From Bugula neritina (taxonomy: Eukaryota > Animalia > Bryozoa), in NCBI GenBank assembly GCA_964035545.1, contig OZ037771.1:5613190-5677189 (forward strand): a stretch of DNA of 64,000 nt, in the 5' to 3' direction. Position 1 is the first letter of the stretch. Each line of letters begins with the position of its first letter. Below are positions 31,201 to 51,907 of this stretch, one piece after another. The notes under the pieces are model-generated. The model searched no databases. It was not told the DNA's origin and saw nothing but the letters and a program-made list of their open reading frames with translations. The position numbers and the translations under genes are program-made.

Positions 31201-33683
31201 ATCAGTGTATACTGTAATATGTGTTGACCAAAGACCATTATGAGTACTATGGTGTAATACATGTTTAAAGATAAAGAAAAGACAAATTCTCTAATTAATT
31301 AGAATTTAGCCTAGTAGCCAACTGCGGTCTCACTTTACCATAATGATAGAATTGGAACTTTTGACGTCAGGTGATTTTACTGATGACTTGGAGTTGAGTA
31401 ATCGCCAAGATGATTTATAATAATCATGAGGTTGATTGATTACTTAATTTAGTCGAGGTGTCGTTTTGACTAGGTGAAGTCTCCTAAAAGGGAGTGTTTG
31501 ATTTTAGCGCTGGCTACAACTGAATCTATGTGCTCTGTTGCAGGTGAGACTGGCCCTGGATCTCCAGGGATGCAAGCATTGATAGATCTGCATCCTGCCC
31601 CGTGGGAGGAGATCTCAGACAAAGGGTTAGAACTCCTGTTTGACATGCATTTCGCTATCAGCCGAGCAGCCACCACCTGATGTTAGTGCCATGCAATTCA
31701 CAACTACCGCAACTACTACTAGTAATTTACCGGAGTTACCCCAAGCATTGATGCAAAAGACAACCTGGACCACACGGCGTACAAAACTACTCATTCAGAT
31801 TTTAATTGGTCAAGACCCAAATAGATAGTGTGACTAGTGTCGACGAACATTTCCTACCATTTAGAGACTTAGAGTGCATGTACCTCCGTACTTTGCCATA
31901 ACGTTCTGTCCATGCGGCACGCACCATTTTAACCACGATTACGTTTTTCGACACCAACGGACAATTAATTATTATGTTGAAAATATCGATGATGTGGACC
32001 AGGACACCTACCCGGAATTCAGAGACGTAATTATCTCACACATTTCATCATCGTCTCGGAAGGAAATTCCTCTTAAAAGATTTCCCAGCATCAGACCCAC
32101 AGGAGAAAGCGACTCCAACAACATCAATACTTCCCCAGATTCTGTAGTCCCCCTTCCTCTGTCGTGGAGAATTGTCCTCTTCGTGTCCTGTTAACACGCT
32201 CCAACTAGTCAGTAGATAGTTCAACTCGTGCTCTTCCTCCACATTCCCCTTCTCTCTCGAAAAAAAGGAGGAAAACTAAGGCTACCTCTACTCTTGCTGA
32301 CACACTGAATCATAAAATTCAGATTGATTTGGACAAATTACAATGGCAGTTTGTCCGGTTGTGTAAGGAGTGACGCTGGACAGCCTCAAAGTTGACCCAG
32401 CTTCAGGAACGTTTTTCATAGTAGACGGACTAGTAAACAATTCATCTTCATCGCATGATTGTACAGGGAGATCCTGCTTTACCCGGTGAGCTGCCTCAGC
32501 TGGTGGTAGCGTAAATTAAAGTTACATTTTCATGTCTTCTTCTAATATTGTGTTTCAACTGTCATTGTATGCTATACTCAGCTTTTACTCTGGTTATGGG
32601 AATATGTGTGTCCAAATTTATATGTATATATTCTGCATGTTTCATGTTTCAAAAATTTAGTATTAAAATAATAATAATAATAATAATAATAATACCAAGC
32701 TGTTGTCATGGCACTGCGGTGGATGTCTTACCCGTTTCCTTGGCTTCATCTCCTGCCTCAGCTCCTGATTGCTTTGGTTTATCGGCAGCCGTACTTCCCG
32801 ATAGGTGGGAGGTGTAGAGATTTTGTGGACTAACCAGAAGCTACGCAACTCTCGGACTACGCACCACTACGCTAGCGTAGTCACATAGTTAATCATGATG
32901 ATACGTTACGCTACCTTTCATCCTATTGACTAGTAATCATCCCCCCACATTGGCTAATGATCAGTGAACCCTATAATTCACAACAATAACATGGAACAGC
33001 TCTCTATGGTTGATAACATGGAACAACTTTCAGCAGCAATTATAATATAAAATATATTTTTGCAGTCCTAATTCATCAAATAGCAACAAATTTCACTGAT
33101 ATTTATTTTGATATCTCAGATATAAATTGCTTACAACTTATGAGTTTTAGGCAATAAGCAGTGAATCAAAGTTATCAGTAGTTTAAACCATTTTACGTAT
33201 CATTCGTCAATTCATGGAGTGAATTGTACATGCACTGACTTAATGCATATTCATGAAAGCATTTTATAAGTGAAATTTGCAGTTTTCTACAAGGTGTTAT
33301 AACTTATAAACCAAGCTTAACAGAAGTCTCTAATTTCTGCTAGTTAAAGTAATTGGTAATAATTGTTGTCTCTAGATGAACAGCCAGCTTTGATTGATGT
33401 GTTCAAAGGTATATTTTGATGACAAAAGACAAATACTACAAAGTTAGTAAGATACAAAACATTTAAATTATACATCATATTGCTTTAGATTAGCTCTCTA
33501 ACAATGCACAATCTACATATCATGTCTATACAAGTTCTACATTCTTTTAGTCACTTTTTATTTATTAATTATACAGAGCAAAGCATCAGTTAGGGTTAAC
33601 AGTTTAAAAGTCATTCAACGTAAAATTGATGAAGTGTTTTGCCAAATAAACAAATAGTATTGGATATTTGAAAGTACATTGAT

Positions 33684-39021
<5,338 letters not shown>

Positions 39022-41063
39022 GTTGAGAATATAAGGCAAATTATTGCCTATTATAGCTAGCAGTAGTAAAATGTTCAATTTAAGTAACTCCTTTGAGACA
39101 AAAGCGTGGTAGTCACTGATCAAATAGGCTACGATCTTCAATGAACATCCTTGTGAATGCTGGCATATGTGCGGAAATATGTATAATTCGACGTCACATT
39201 TAAGTGTAATTTGCGTTTCTAAACCATCAGTGGCTGGAATTAGTTAATATATTATGATAAGTAAATAATAAAAGATAAAAGACGGTGCGTAAAAATATTA
39301 ACTTAAGCAAACAAGATTAGTGTTATCAAGTTTTGTTGATGCATACAAAAGTAACAATTCTATTGGCTGATTTTAAAGGAAACGTTATATTTTTAGTCGC
39401 AAGCCTTTCATAATCAAGCTTAGAATGTGCATTAAGTAAATAGCAAATATAATAATTAAAATATATTATAGCGACAGCTGTGTCTTAATTATATATTAGA
39501 TACCAATTAGTTAATAATCAGACAGAACCAACATCATTATTTACTGGCCCATCTGACCCAATTTACTAAAGTGTTAGAGAAAATTTTAATTCTCATTTAG
39601 CATATTGTTTAAAGTGTAGATTGGATCAGAATATCTACTTTATATAATGAAAAAATCTACATATAAGACTTACATATATCCATGAAAAGCATGTTTTATC
39701 CATGACAAGTAGTTGCAAAAGTTACTTGCTTCGGCCATTTTATAGTTCAGATAGCAGCAAAAAAATATTCACCTATTATCCATTTGTGATTGCAAAATAA
39801 ACCATTTAGCCGAGCAATTTGATCATCCAAGTTTTATGTACAGCTGTTTGGATTTTAATTGTTATTTCATAGAAAGAAAACAATAAAAGAAGCATGATTA
39901 TTTGAACCATCACATGGCCAAGTTAAACTACACAGAAAAATAACTTTTATTCAAGTAGCTCAATACTACTAGATTATTATTGGTGCCAAATTGCAAATAA
40001 TAACTGTTTACTATGCTACCGCTTGGTGACAAGAATAGCTTCAATGACAATATGGGGGGTTTTCTAACGTTTTCATTATGATAACCAGCAATTATAGTAG
40101 GCCGTATTTTTTACCTTATTAATTTAACCAGTTAAACAAGTTTTATGAAAATGGTTTTACATTTATTGATTAGTCTTTGAATTAAAAGATTTTAAACAGT
40201 AAATGATATGCTTGTAGAAACCATCGATTAAGTGGTCTGGGCTGCTGGTAGATATATTATTTTGGATCGTGGAATTTAACTCTCAGTCCCTCATCTTACT
40301 AATGTGGGGAGGCTATTGGGTATTTAGTATTGTGGAACATGTACTATTTTTATCAGTATGTAAGAAAATGCCCTTGAATCTAATGAGCATAGGTATACTA
40401 CTTGTTTGTCAGTGAGCATAATATAAGTGTAATATTTTTACAATCATGTTATATTTGATCTTATTATGTAAACTTGGAGTTATCTTTTCATAATATTGTA
40501 GCTGTTCGATATACATGCAGTTTTGAACGTATTTTTTATTTCTAGATTAGCTTGCAAAGCTACACAGCTTTAAACTTTCTGCTAAGAGTCAGGAAGATAT
40601 TATTAGTTAGCAAACAGAATCTTTATTTTTTAGTAACATATATGGCTGCTCGTTTGCTAAAATCTTAGAAATTGTTATATATTGTATTAAAATAAACCTT
40701 GTACTAAATAGATACAAATTTGACTATGCCACAATTTGAAGATCACCTCTCTTGTTCCACAAAGAAATAATACATTAGATTAATGAAATAGCAAACTAAC
40801 AAACTCACAGCAACAAATAATAATAGACATCACATATGCAACTAAATCATAATATATTGTAGATGTTGAAGATACAATGATGATAATATATGCATGCATA
40901 GTGCATTATACACATACTGACTAGCATACTATTGTAAAAAACATAAATTATTGTTTCACAATACAAATAGCATAACCATGTAATTGGCAAACACTTCGAC
41001 ATTGTTAAGTTGGTAATGGCCATTTCACTTAGCACAGTGAATCCATATAAAAAACTGGCTTGT

Positions 41064-44000
41064 TCAAAATAGAAATAGTACTAAAACTGTAGCAATTGTT
41101 GTAGCAACACCGATGGCAACTAGCTGTTCTGATTGTCCACCAGAAGAGTCTGTGCTAGTACTAACAGTTAGTGAGTCATAGTAATCACTGATTGTCATAT
41201 CTAATCCGTAGCAATAAAACTGAGAATCACATTTAATAGCTGGAGATGTAAGCAGCCAGTGGATATAACTAACGTGAGACTCATTGTTAGAGCATAGGAC
41301 AGTGTTTCCTGTGAGTTCAACGTAAAAGTTGTTATTCAATGATTGATTGTCAAACTCATTTCGAAATTCTTCTTCAATGTAGTGAATGCTGTTGTTTATT
41401 AAGTTAAGGTAATCAAGTTTAAGGTTTTTAGAGATGGTGATGTTCCAACTAAGAAGTTCATTGCCATGGAGATCGAGATGGGTTAAGTTCGGGTGATGAG
41501 AGAAGAAGTCAAAGTCTGAAAAATATAAAATTCCACCTTCCTGATTTCCAAAATGAAGCTCCTCTAAAGCTGGAGCACCTCCTAAAAGCTCTCCAGTTAC
41601 ATCATTTCTTAATTTTTCACCAAATTTATTTTTAGTCAGCACCAAAGTTTTGACTGGGAAGTTAGTCAGAAAATCACGAGACCACCCAACAATACTGCAG
41701 TCAATGCAAACCAGTTTAGAAAGATATTGAAATCCAGTAATATTGCGACATGATATAAATCCAACTTGAGAGTATGACAGAGTTATGGTTTCAAAATTAT
41801 TGAGATACATTTCCATGTTAGAGCATAGTGGAGTTGATTCATTTCTCCGGACATCTTCAGACACGGTGAAATCATTATAATCAATAGCTAAAGTTGTCAG
41901 ATGTGCAGGGACAAAGTGAAAATTAATTCTTCCCCTGTTTAGCAATGTACGAACAACACGATTCCAGTAATATTTTACTGTAAAATCTACAGCTTTATCA
42001 GACACATAATCGATTCCTTGTGTTCTGATATAATCTATAGCAAAGTTGATCACATTTACTCGATTTAAACATAACAATGAAGTAGAAAGAAAGTCAAGTG
42101 AACATTTCTTTTGAAGATGGTTCATAAGTTCGTTGAGAACATGGATGTCAACTATGTTAGGAATGTGAGTTACATTCCAATCAAACCTATCTTCAGTGAA
42201 CAAATAACTATCTTGGTTACAATCTAGAAGATCTGGGTAGTAGTCGTGTCCATCACATGAATACTCTTTAGTCATACCACGAAATGCAATGTAACGAATG
42301 AACGGGGTCTGGAGTTTTGTGTTGTTGAACAGTGCTTCAACAAATGGTTGTAGCTTTTGACCGTCTTCACCACACGACACTTGTAGAGAAGAATGGTTTA
42401 ACTCATTCTGACTAATATCCAGATATAGCAGTCCTTGACAGTACTGTCGCAAGTTGAGCGTTTCTGGAGTTTGTATGTGGTTCGCTTGCATGGACAAAAC
42501 TTGTAGTGGAATTGTAGAAAGAGGAATGACGTCACCAATGTTGATATCCCACCAGCAGAATTTTGTACCCTTCTCTGGAATGTTTATATGGTCAAGTAAA
42601 AGTGTGTGAAGTTTACTGTTTGCGATTCCGTTAAAAATGTCAGAAAGGTGTTCTTTTAACGGATTACAGGATAAGTCAAGTTTTAGTAGAGAATTTGTAA
42701 AACTTTTTAAGAATTCTTGATTAATACTATTTACATGACAATTTCTGGCAGAGAAACGTTTCAAGGGCAAACTTGAAAGAGGCGACATTGAGATGTTGGT
42801 CAACTTTGGAGTATCACAGTCAGGCCCACCTGCAAAAATATATTATCAACTAAATTACTTTTTTATATAATACTTGGACCAGTATAAAAAAGCAGCTACT
42901 CATTCTAAACAATGTTGTAAAGGTAATAACTGGCTATAGCCTTCGGGTATACTCAGACTGCTGTTTTAATGATTTCTTGAGTAAAACACATGCAGGGAAG
43001 TATTTTGATAAAAAAGTCTAGTGGGTTGTTAAGAGAGAATTTGATCGATTATATTTGATATTTTGTGATCTTAAAAACCAGCTTTCTGTTGTTACAGTTG
43101 AGTTTCAGAATATTACTTTTAACTAGTAGCCTACTTATTCAACCAGAGAAATTATTAGACGAAAAAAAAATTTTCAGCATGCTTAAATTAATTGCAGAAT
43201 GTTATATAAAGTTTCAATTACTGAACTGACATAAATTTTGCATTTTAATCTAATGAGTCGTTACAATTTCAAAGTTTGAAGTTTTAAGCAAAATGGTCAT
43301 CATTTGTTTCACTGGCAATAAAGCTATGCGATGTTTGACAAACAAAGCTTTAAAACTATAAATATCATAAGCTTCTCACATTATGAGATTAAAATCATTG
43401 AAATTTAATAATATGTGACCCAGGCAGTCAGAAAAGCACTTTGTGACAAAATTCACATTTTTAGTTAAAGCTTGATTCTTATTTGCCTCTTTATACTGAT
43501 TGATTTGCAGTTTAAATTTTCGAAATCGGACCACTATTGTGTAATAGTGGTCCGATTTCAAAAATTTAAACTGCAAATCAATCAGTATAAAGAGGCAAAT
43601 AAGAATCAAGCTTTAACTAAAAATGTGAATTTTGTCACAAAGTGCTTTTCTGACTGCCTGGGTCACATATATTTTAGATCCTCATTATTAGCAAAATCAG
43701 TAAACATATTTCATAAGCTGAATCTATTTTGTACTAATTTAATTTAATGTAATCACACAAGGAAATCTTTAGTTAGACAACAGAAAGTTTTATATGTTGA
43801 TACCAATAGCAGCAGGAGGTAGATACTCTATATTTATACACATTGATGTCAAAATCTCACAATGTGCTTTGAGTTTTTGGGAGACGTAAAAGCTGTTACT
43901 TATATTGCATTCTTAAAAATAACTTGTGTGCTCTACATATAGTCATCCTAAAGGTTAAAATTCTCAAGCTACTTTTTGAAAAATAAATGCCCCCACTGAG

Positions 44001-46537
44001 AATCGAACCCGAGACCTCTGGCAAGCAAGTGTGCTAACCAATACACCACGGGGATCACTGATAAACTTAGCACAATACTTATGATTTTATCTATTGTTGC
44101 GACATATTGTTGTGTAGCATATATATGCAAAACAGCAATGCAATATTTTAGCAATATTTCTGTATTATTAAGAAAAACTCAATTTAACTTTGTTTTACAA
44201 AAATAATTTTTTCCAAACTTAAACTAATGACACTTTTTTCAAGCTTAAACTAATGACACAGAAAAATAAACATATCTCTACGTTAATTACTGCACATTTT
44301 TCATGATCAAAATCAATCATGACTATTTCCTTGAGCATGACTAATATTAGCACCATGTTACCTATAGCATATCCTCATAGCAACTTAATATATTTTAATT
44401 TTAAACTTATCTATTTCAATATTTTGTGTTTTTTTTATATAAGGCAGTTTACATTTTTTTACATCAACTGACACTAAACACATAAATTTAGGTTACTCAC
44501 CAATGCTCAATGTGTGTAGTCTATGAAATTCTGTAAAGACTGTGCTAAATGCTGGGGTTCCAATCAAGTAAAGTTCTTCCAGTGAGTTGTTGAGAGGAGC
44601 CAAGGCTGAATATTTAAACCCTTGAACAGGTTTGTGACCTTCTTTCTGTTTTAGTCTACAAGTTGGGCAAACATAATTCATACAAAGCAATTAACTATAA
44701 CGGCCAAGAACAGTTTAGCGAAAACTTAAATTTTGAAGATAATACCAGTAATTTTTAATAAAATATAACTGGTTCACTCTTGCAATAAAAACAAGCATAA
44801 TAAATTTGTTTATGCTTTTACTAAAAGAACATGACTTAATATGCAATTCACAGAAACACATCTGCATACTTATGTAGTTTACTAGGATCAGAAATTTCAA
44901 TTTATACTGCAATTTATATGCATGCTGCTATTTATAGACAGCTTAAGCTGAGTGATTTTAAAAGGTAATTTTCTCACAGCCAACTTTTTTTGTAAGAAAA
45001 AAGAAATAATACATTCAATTAGTACTACGATATATCAATTCTGCTTAAATGTAATTTATGTTTTTTGCTCTAAATATAGGAATTTTTAATAGTCTTTTTA
45101 TTCTACTTGCCATTGATTTAATGAAATTATTTGCTATAAAATATGTACCTGAGTGTCTTTAGAGTTGTCAGTCCTTTGAATGAGTCTCTACTGATAGTTT
45201 CATTAGAAAGTAGAATATTGTTGAAAGAGATGTTAAGATGCAAGAGTCGTGTATTGGAGGCAAATACGAAGGGAGCAATGAATGATATTTTGTTGTAGGA
45301 GAGATCAAGAGACTCAAGGTCAGTGAAAGGTGAAAGGTCAGGTATACTATTGAGGTGATTGTGATTGAGTTTTAGTACTCTGATACCAGTTGTATTGAGA
45401 GTTGATGGTACAGAGAACCGTGTTATTTGACTATCACTACAGTCCATGACACCAGGTATATCACACGTACATCTCTCTATCTTACAGGGTTTTCCACACT
45501 GTCTTCCTTCGGCAAACTATAAAATAATAACGTGAATAGGATAACTTTAGTTACCTAAGGTGGTACATGATGAGAAAAGCAAAATAATTTTAGAATTTGG
45601 CATAAAATTTATGTTCATGCCTGGTCCTTTCTCAGATTTATTACCATTCATTGAAATCGTTCTTCCTTGTATTTTGAAATACGTAATCTGTGTAACCATA
45701 GAAACAGTATTTTACTCGCAGCCAACTTGCTTTTAAACACGTTTCCAAAGACCTTGGGTTCAGGTGTATGAGTTTCAAAACACAGTTTAATTGTTTGTAT
45801 TGAACCAAGATATTGCATCATATGTTACAAAGCTGTAATATTCTAGTGTTTTACCATTCATTTATCTTACGCAAACACGCAAAAAAAGAAAAAGATATCT
45901 AAATGGTTTATCACAGTAAATATTATAATCACCAGTAATTCAACCTTCAATAATTTGTAACTCTAATCAGAGAGTGTTAATGATGGTGTCTTCAAATTGA
46001 TATTAACTGGTAGAAAGCAAAGGAATAGTAAGAACCAGCCATTCATCCACTTGTCAACTTTTTACATCTGTATAGACTAGCAATATCAGTAACACCTAAG
46101 CTATACGTTACTTATGTAGTTAATTCATTTAATTTTATGGACTATTTTCTACACTCAATAGCTAAGAGTAGTTTAACGGTTTTTGAGTTCGTACCACACC
46201 ATGCACACAACACATACACTGAACACTCACAACACACTAAACACACAACACACACACAACACACACAACACACACAACATGCACACATACATACTCAAAC
46301 AAACACAATGAATTTTTAAAAAGCACAAATATAGTAACTGTGGGTACTGCAGGTATTTAGGCAAACACTGCTGCTAGCCATGAAGGAGAGAATACATAAA
46401 TTTATCTAATATCTAGCTTTTTCTCACACTATATATATAGTACTTGAACTTACCTGGCTATGTACTCGACAAATATTACAAAGGAAAAACAGCAACAATG
46501 TATATGCATAGCACATTCTGTAAACACAGCCACCCAT
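41064..46537 (-). CDS. Type-B TLR-derived LRR receptor B2, 790 aa, no TIR
   Basis: Exons 46454-46537, 45149-45516, 44501-44655, 41064-42829; open frame; same terminal VLVLFLF*. Confidence 0.85.
43411..43670. mobile_element. 260-bp foldback/MITE-like palindromic insertion in B2 intron 3
   Basis: Arms 43411-43538 and 43543-43670 are reverse complements (one mismatch seen, 43521) around a 4-nt loop; termini TA-TGTGACCC...GGGTCACA-TA; absent at the matching B1 site (~20070). Confidence 0.9.
43989..44056 (-). mobile_element. tRNA-derived SINE head in B2 intron 3 (same position as 20391-20460 in B1)
   Basis: A-box TGGTGTATTGG and B-box GGTTCGATTCT on the minus strand. Confidence 0.6.
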
Positions 46538-47391
46538 GGTGACAGCTAGTTGATAAATGATGAGCATGTGTTCATAGTTTAGCCATGTGGCTGTCTAAAT
46601 AGCTTAAGCATCTGTTTCCTTGTTTCCTCGTTAAAATAACTGCTATTTATTAGTGAGAAACTGGTTTTTCTTCATCAAACAAATATTCAATAAGATAACA
46701 TGAGGTCTATAACTGTTATATTATCTTGTTTTAGAATGCAGATTGAAAGCATCTGTAAATTTGCTAAAGTAAAAAAGTTTAGAAATTAGGTCAAAAAGCA
46801 GATGAAAAATTAAGATTTGTATTACCCACTATATAGCATAAAAGAGCAACTGCATAGAATAGCTGGCAAGAGGCACAGAAGTTTTATTGTTCATATTCAG
46901 GTAAGAGAGTTATTTTAGCAACTAATCATGCGTTACATGAATAAAATATTATAAACAAAAAAGAACAGGCTTTTTGTAAACATAAATATTGTTACCATGG
47001 TTTACGCCAATTGACAATACTATATAATTATATTATAGCAATAACATCATAGATAAATTGATAACTTTCATAATGCATCCATTACCACTATAGCTTTATT
47101 ATTACTATAGTTCTAAATCTATACAAGTTATAATGTATAATTATTGCATTTTAGCAACATAGTCATGCATGTCATAAAGTGCGCTGTATACCAGAATGCA
47201 GCTTGCAGTACATTACAGAGACTAACTGCTCAACTTTTACATCATGTCTATTTATTCTTCAAGCTAAACTACCGCAAATAGTTTTATTACATTTCAAGTT
47301 GCTCTCAACCAGGTTTTTCTGTTGAAATAGCAGTGTAGATTGAATAGGAGGTTTTAGATTTTTAAGTCAATATGAATTGCTGTCTTTTAAG

Positions 47392-50300
47392 TTATTCATG
47401 CATATGCTGGCAGGGTACAAACGATGTTTTCTCTCTACCTAATGAGTTGAATAACTCATAGATAGGTTGACTGGCCGACAGTTCCATAATAAACTCCTGC
47501 ACAAAAGCTTTCAAGCTGCCATCTAGCTCTGGGTGAAGCCCTGTTGGCCAACATATGTGCTTCTTTTGAAAAATAATGTCAGTGAGAAGTTTTGGAAGAT
47601 GATCCAGTTGGGAAACGCAGTTGATACCAACTGTGACAACCAGTACCTCACTCTCTGGCTTCAATTTAATCAATTCAAACTCAAATTTAGTCACATCATC
47701 CTTCATGTAATCTGGTGTGACAAAGATCACAGCTTTCTCACTTTGAGCTATGAGCTTGGCTGTTACTGTCTTTAGCAATTGATTCGGTGATGCGGTGGTT
47801 GTGCTTGACGTAATTGTGATACTATCTTCAGAAAACTCTACTTCTTCTATTAGACCTGCAAATTTCAAATTATCGTGAGTAATAGAAAGTTGTGGCTGTA
47901 TATATGAATTACCATTAATATTTGATATACATATAGTATACATTAATACATACATATACATTAATACATTATAGTATTTATATATTCTCTCTGTTGTATT
48001 CAATTTTTGCAGCTGCTTATTTATGTTGAATTATCTTAAGAGAATAGCTAAAGTGAGATTTGCTAGTAAATGATTTGCATATGCAAATAACTAGTATATT
48101 ATAACATACTCACGGGCCACATGGTTAGAAATCAGTGCAGTGTGACTTGCATAAACTGGAAAGTCTTTGTCCAGGGTGTTGAAGACACTTATAGGATCAG
48201 ATCGTCTCATATTGTTGTAGTGGTGGTGAAATGCACACAGTCTATATATAACACGATGGCGGAAAACATAGAGAAGTATAACAATGATAGCAGCTATTAC
48301 AGAAAACAAAATGATTAAAATGAGGTTTTTCTGTGAAATTTCTCTTGTCCTGGTAAAGCTAAAAGGTTTTTCAACTTTACGTGAAATGATTGATGTCGTC
48401 GGATTGTTGTATTTATGACGTGTTGTTTTCATTACAGATGTTTCCTTGCGTAGAAAAGCAAAATAATTGTCATCTCCCGTTGTTGTTAATGGGGCAAATG
48501 TCGTAGAGTCAGAACTTTCGCTTTTATAATCAAAGTTTTGTCGCAGAGTTTTTGAAAGAGTTTTAGATAAAATAAAACTATTATGCTGGTCGCGGGTTGA
48601 GGAACTATTATCTTTAGTAGAATAATATTTATCGTAAAATGCGGCGATAGTTTCGTTTGCATGCAGGCACTTCAGATTCTTTACACAAATGACTGCTGGA
48701 GATGTTAACAACCAATTAATGTATTCTAAAATATTCGAGTTGTTTCTTTCACAATAAATTTTATTGTTTGTAAGATCAACAGTAAAGCCATTTTGAAGAT
48801 GTTGGATATCAAGCTCTTTACGAAATTTTTTTTCAATGTAGTGAATGTTATTACCCTGCAAGTTAAGATGTTGCAAGTCGGAATTCATGGCTATGGTGAC
48901 GTTCCAACTAGAAAGTCCATTGCCATGGAGATCCAGATACGTTAAGTTTGGATGATGTGAGAAAAAGTCAGCATCTAACAGATATGAAAGACTTTCCTTC
49001 TGGTTTCCAAGATAGAGCTTCTCAAGTGAAGATACAAAATTACTTTGCACTACTTCGGATTTTTTGTTGTTTGGAAATTCAAGTTGTTTTCGCTTTTTGA
49101 TTTTAAACAATTGTGTGGTACTGCATCCGGTGCACAGGAAAGTGCGTAAGTCATGAATCCTATAAGGATAAAGGCATGAGTTATTGCCTACATTTGAGTA
49201 AGCCATGTCTATGCGCTCTACACTGGCGAGATAATTTATTGCACTAGAGGCACAAGTCCAATTCTCTCCTTGAAAGTTATTATGGCCCATTGAAATGGTT
49301 GTAACTTTTGAGGACACAAATGCAATACTGCTTATAGTTTCTGACTTGCCACTTTGAACTGCTAGTGTATTTCTTAAAGTAGCAAGAGTTACACTGAGAT
49401 CTTGAGCTGATACATCTGTCACACCAATACTTTTAGCAAAGCTGTGAATATCGCCAACGATATCACTCAACTCTATAGCTTTCGAAGACAATGATAATAC
49501 AAGTTCAAACCATGTACCCCAACTACTTTTCAGGATGTAGTCAAGTTTTGGCAATGGGACAAAACTAGGCTTGTTAGACTGGTCCCAGTAGAAGTCATCT
49601 TCAAGAAAGAGGTAACTGTCTTCATTACAGTTTAGCAAGTAAGCCTTGTATCGTTGACTACAAGAAGGCTCTGTTAGACTCTGCAGCCCAATATATTTCA
49701 AAGATGGGATGTGATAATTTTCGTTATAGACAATGTGATTTGACAAAACATTTAGTTGACCTACAATCAGTTGGTTTAGTGACATCGACTTTTGCATGTG
49801 GTTTTGGCTCATGTCAATGTATGACAATTTAGGACAGCATAGCGTTAAATCAAAGCTGAAATGTGCTGCTAAGCCATTAGCTTGCAAAGACAATATTTTG
49901 ATTGGTGCGTTTTGAAGTGGTGCCATATTTTGGTCAGATAAATGCCACTGGCAGTTGCTTGTTTGGTGCATGTTGATATGGTCGAGGATTAGTGTGTGCA
50001 CACTACTGTAGGCTATCCCATAAGTTATTTCCTTTATATAGGGCATCAAATGGTTGCAAGACAAATCTAGCTTAAGTAGTGAGTCCTTGAGATTCTTTAA
50101 GAATGTCCTGTTTATCTTAGTGATTCCACAATTCCGAGCAGAAAACTTTTTTAAAGGAATGTAGGTGATTGGCCACAAAGGACTGTCATGTGTTAGCGAG
50201 GGGACGTGACAGGCTGCACCACCTAAAATTGGAATTTGAATTGATAAAAAGTTTAGCTCTTGCATTGTATTTGATTGAACTATAATGAACTTCTGCCAAA

Positions 50301-51907
50301 ACAAACAATGTGGGATGTGCCTGTTATCAGCATTATATATGATAATCTGCTACAACAGTCACATTATAGTCTCTTTAATATATATCATATTTTGAAAAAT
50401 ATCAAATATTTATATGTACTTCAACAACTACAGTAGGCCTGATCATTCTTAAAAAAGTACATGACTATAATAATAACTGTCATCAATCTATGTATAGCAC
50501 TAAATTTGAACAATAATCGTGAATATTTCTACAATTGAAAAATATTTTATACGAAGCAATACGTTATTCTGTATTACAAAATTAGGTCTTTGCATGTCAC
50601 ACTATGTAGTTAGTGAGAAATAGCATCATACAAGTAATAATATTTCAGTTTGCTTAAAAAGATATAGCTTATACTGGCTGATAGCTCAGTGTAACGTGCT
50701 CAGAGATCGTTTCTGAGAGTTTTACTTTTCTATATCTGTGTAGTGATACAACATGTCCATTAATTGCTAAATTTGTTTTACTTGTACATCAGCTCACCTA
50801 GACTGAGAGTATGAAGCTTGTGAAATGATGTAAAGTAGGGGCTAAGGCTGGGTGTGCCTGTGATAAACAGCTCTTCTAAAGATCTGTGTAGCGGGTACAA
50901 CTCCGAATAGGCATAGCCATGTGCTGGTAGGTAGTTCTGCTTCATTCTGTAACCACATGGTGCAACATGTTATAATAATAAATTTCTTATATAGCAATCC
51001 TTTATTGTTAAAGTTAACGTTAGGTATGGCAGGTAGAATGCAATGAAGAAGTGATAATTGTATCCTGGTAACAAGAAATGATTATTAAAACCAATCAAAC
51101 ATGCCGGATGTTAGTTTGCTCAATTTTACACTTAAGTTCCCAGCAATCAATTTAAAAATAATTATGTCATTCGGCACTAATACGGCATTATACTGGTTCA
51201 TAAAACCTGGATTTTAGTTCCAGAATAAAGCAACCCACTGACATCATATTTTATAAGACGCTTACATATTCTAGTTATATATTATTAACTTATTGACTCA
51301 AATAATCTGTGCGTATTCAAGAAGATATTATTGGTATAAATTTCACTCGTAAAAGCAAAAAAAAATACAGTTAGATTTTTAAAATGAACATAAAAAGTGT
51401 TGATCTTTAAAACTCTTTTTTTCTAATCAGTGAATCTGACAGAAATATATCAATAGTTTAGCTAAAAGCCTTCAACTACTTTTTTGTAATAGATAAAACA
51501 CTATATACTGTAACATAATACTATTTACAATATATGTACCTGAGTGTCTTTAGAGTTGTCAGTCCTTTGAATGAGTCTCCACTGATAGTTTTATTAGAAA
51601 GTAGAATATTGTTGAAAGAGATGTTAAGATGTAAGAGTCGTGTATTGGAGGCAAATACGAAGGGACCAATGAATGAAATCTTGTTGTAGGAGAGATCTAG
51701 AGATTCAAGGTCAGTGAAAGGTGAAAGGTCAGGTATGCTGTTGAGGTGATTGTGATTGAGTTTTAGTACTCTGATACCAGTAGTATTGAGAGTTGGTGGT
51801 ACAGAGAACTGTGTTATTTCATTGTCACTACAGTCCATGACACCAGGTATATCACAGGTACATCTCTCTATCTCACAGGGTCTTCCACACTCATGTTCAC
51901 TTTGAAC
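47392..51907 (-). CDS. Type-C Toll-like receptor C2 (LRR-LRRCT-stalk-TM-TIR); exon 1 not located
   Basis: Exons 51540-51907 (VQSEHECGRPCEIERCTCDIPGVMDC...), 50798-50946, 48114-50222, 47392-47855; 3090 nt open, same exon lengths as C1. Confidence 0.88.

Noticed and set aside
43376-43747. Two opposite-strand ORFs starting MILICLFILID
   Set aside because: Mirror images produced by the palindromic insertion.
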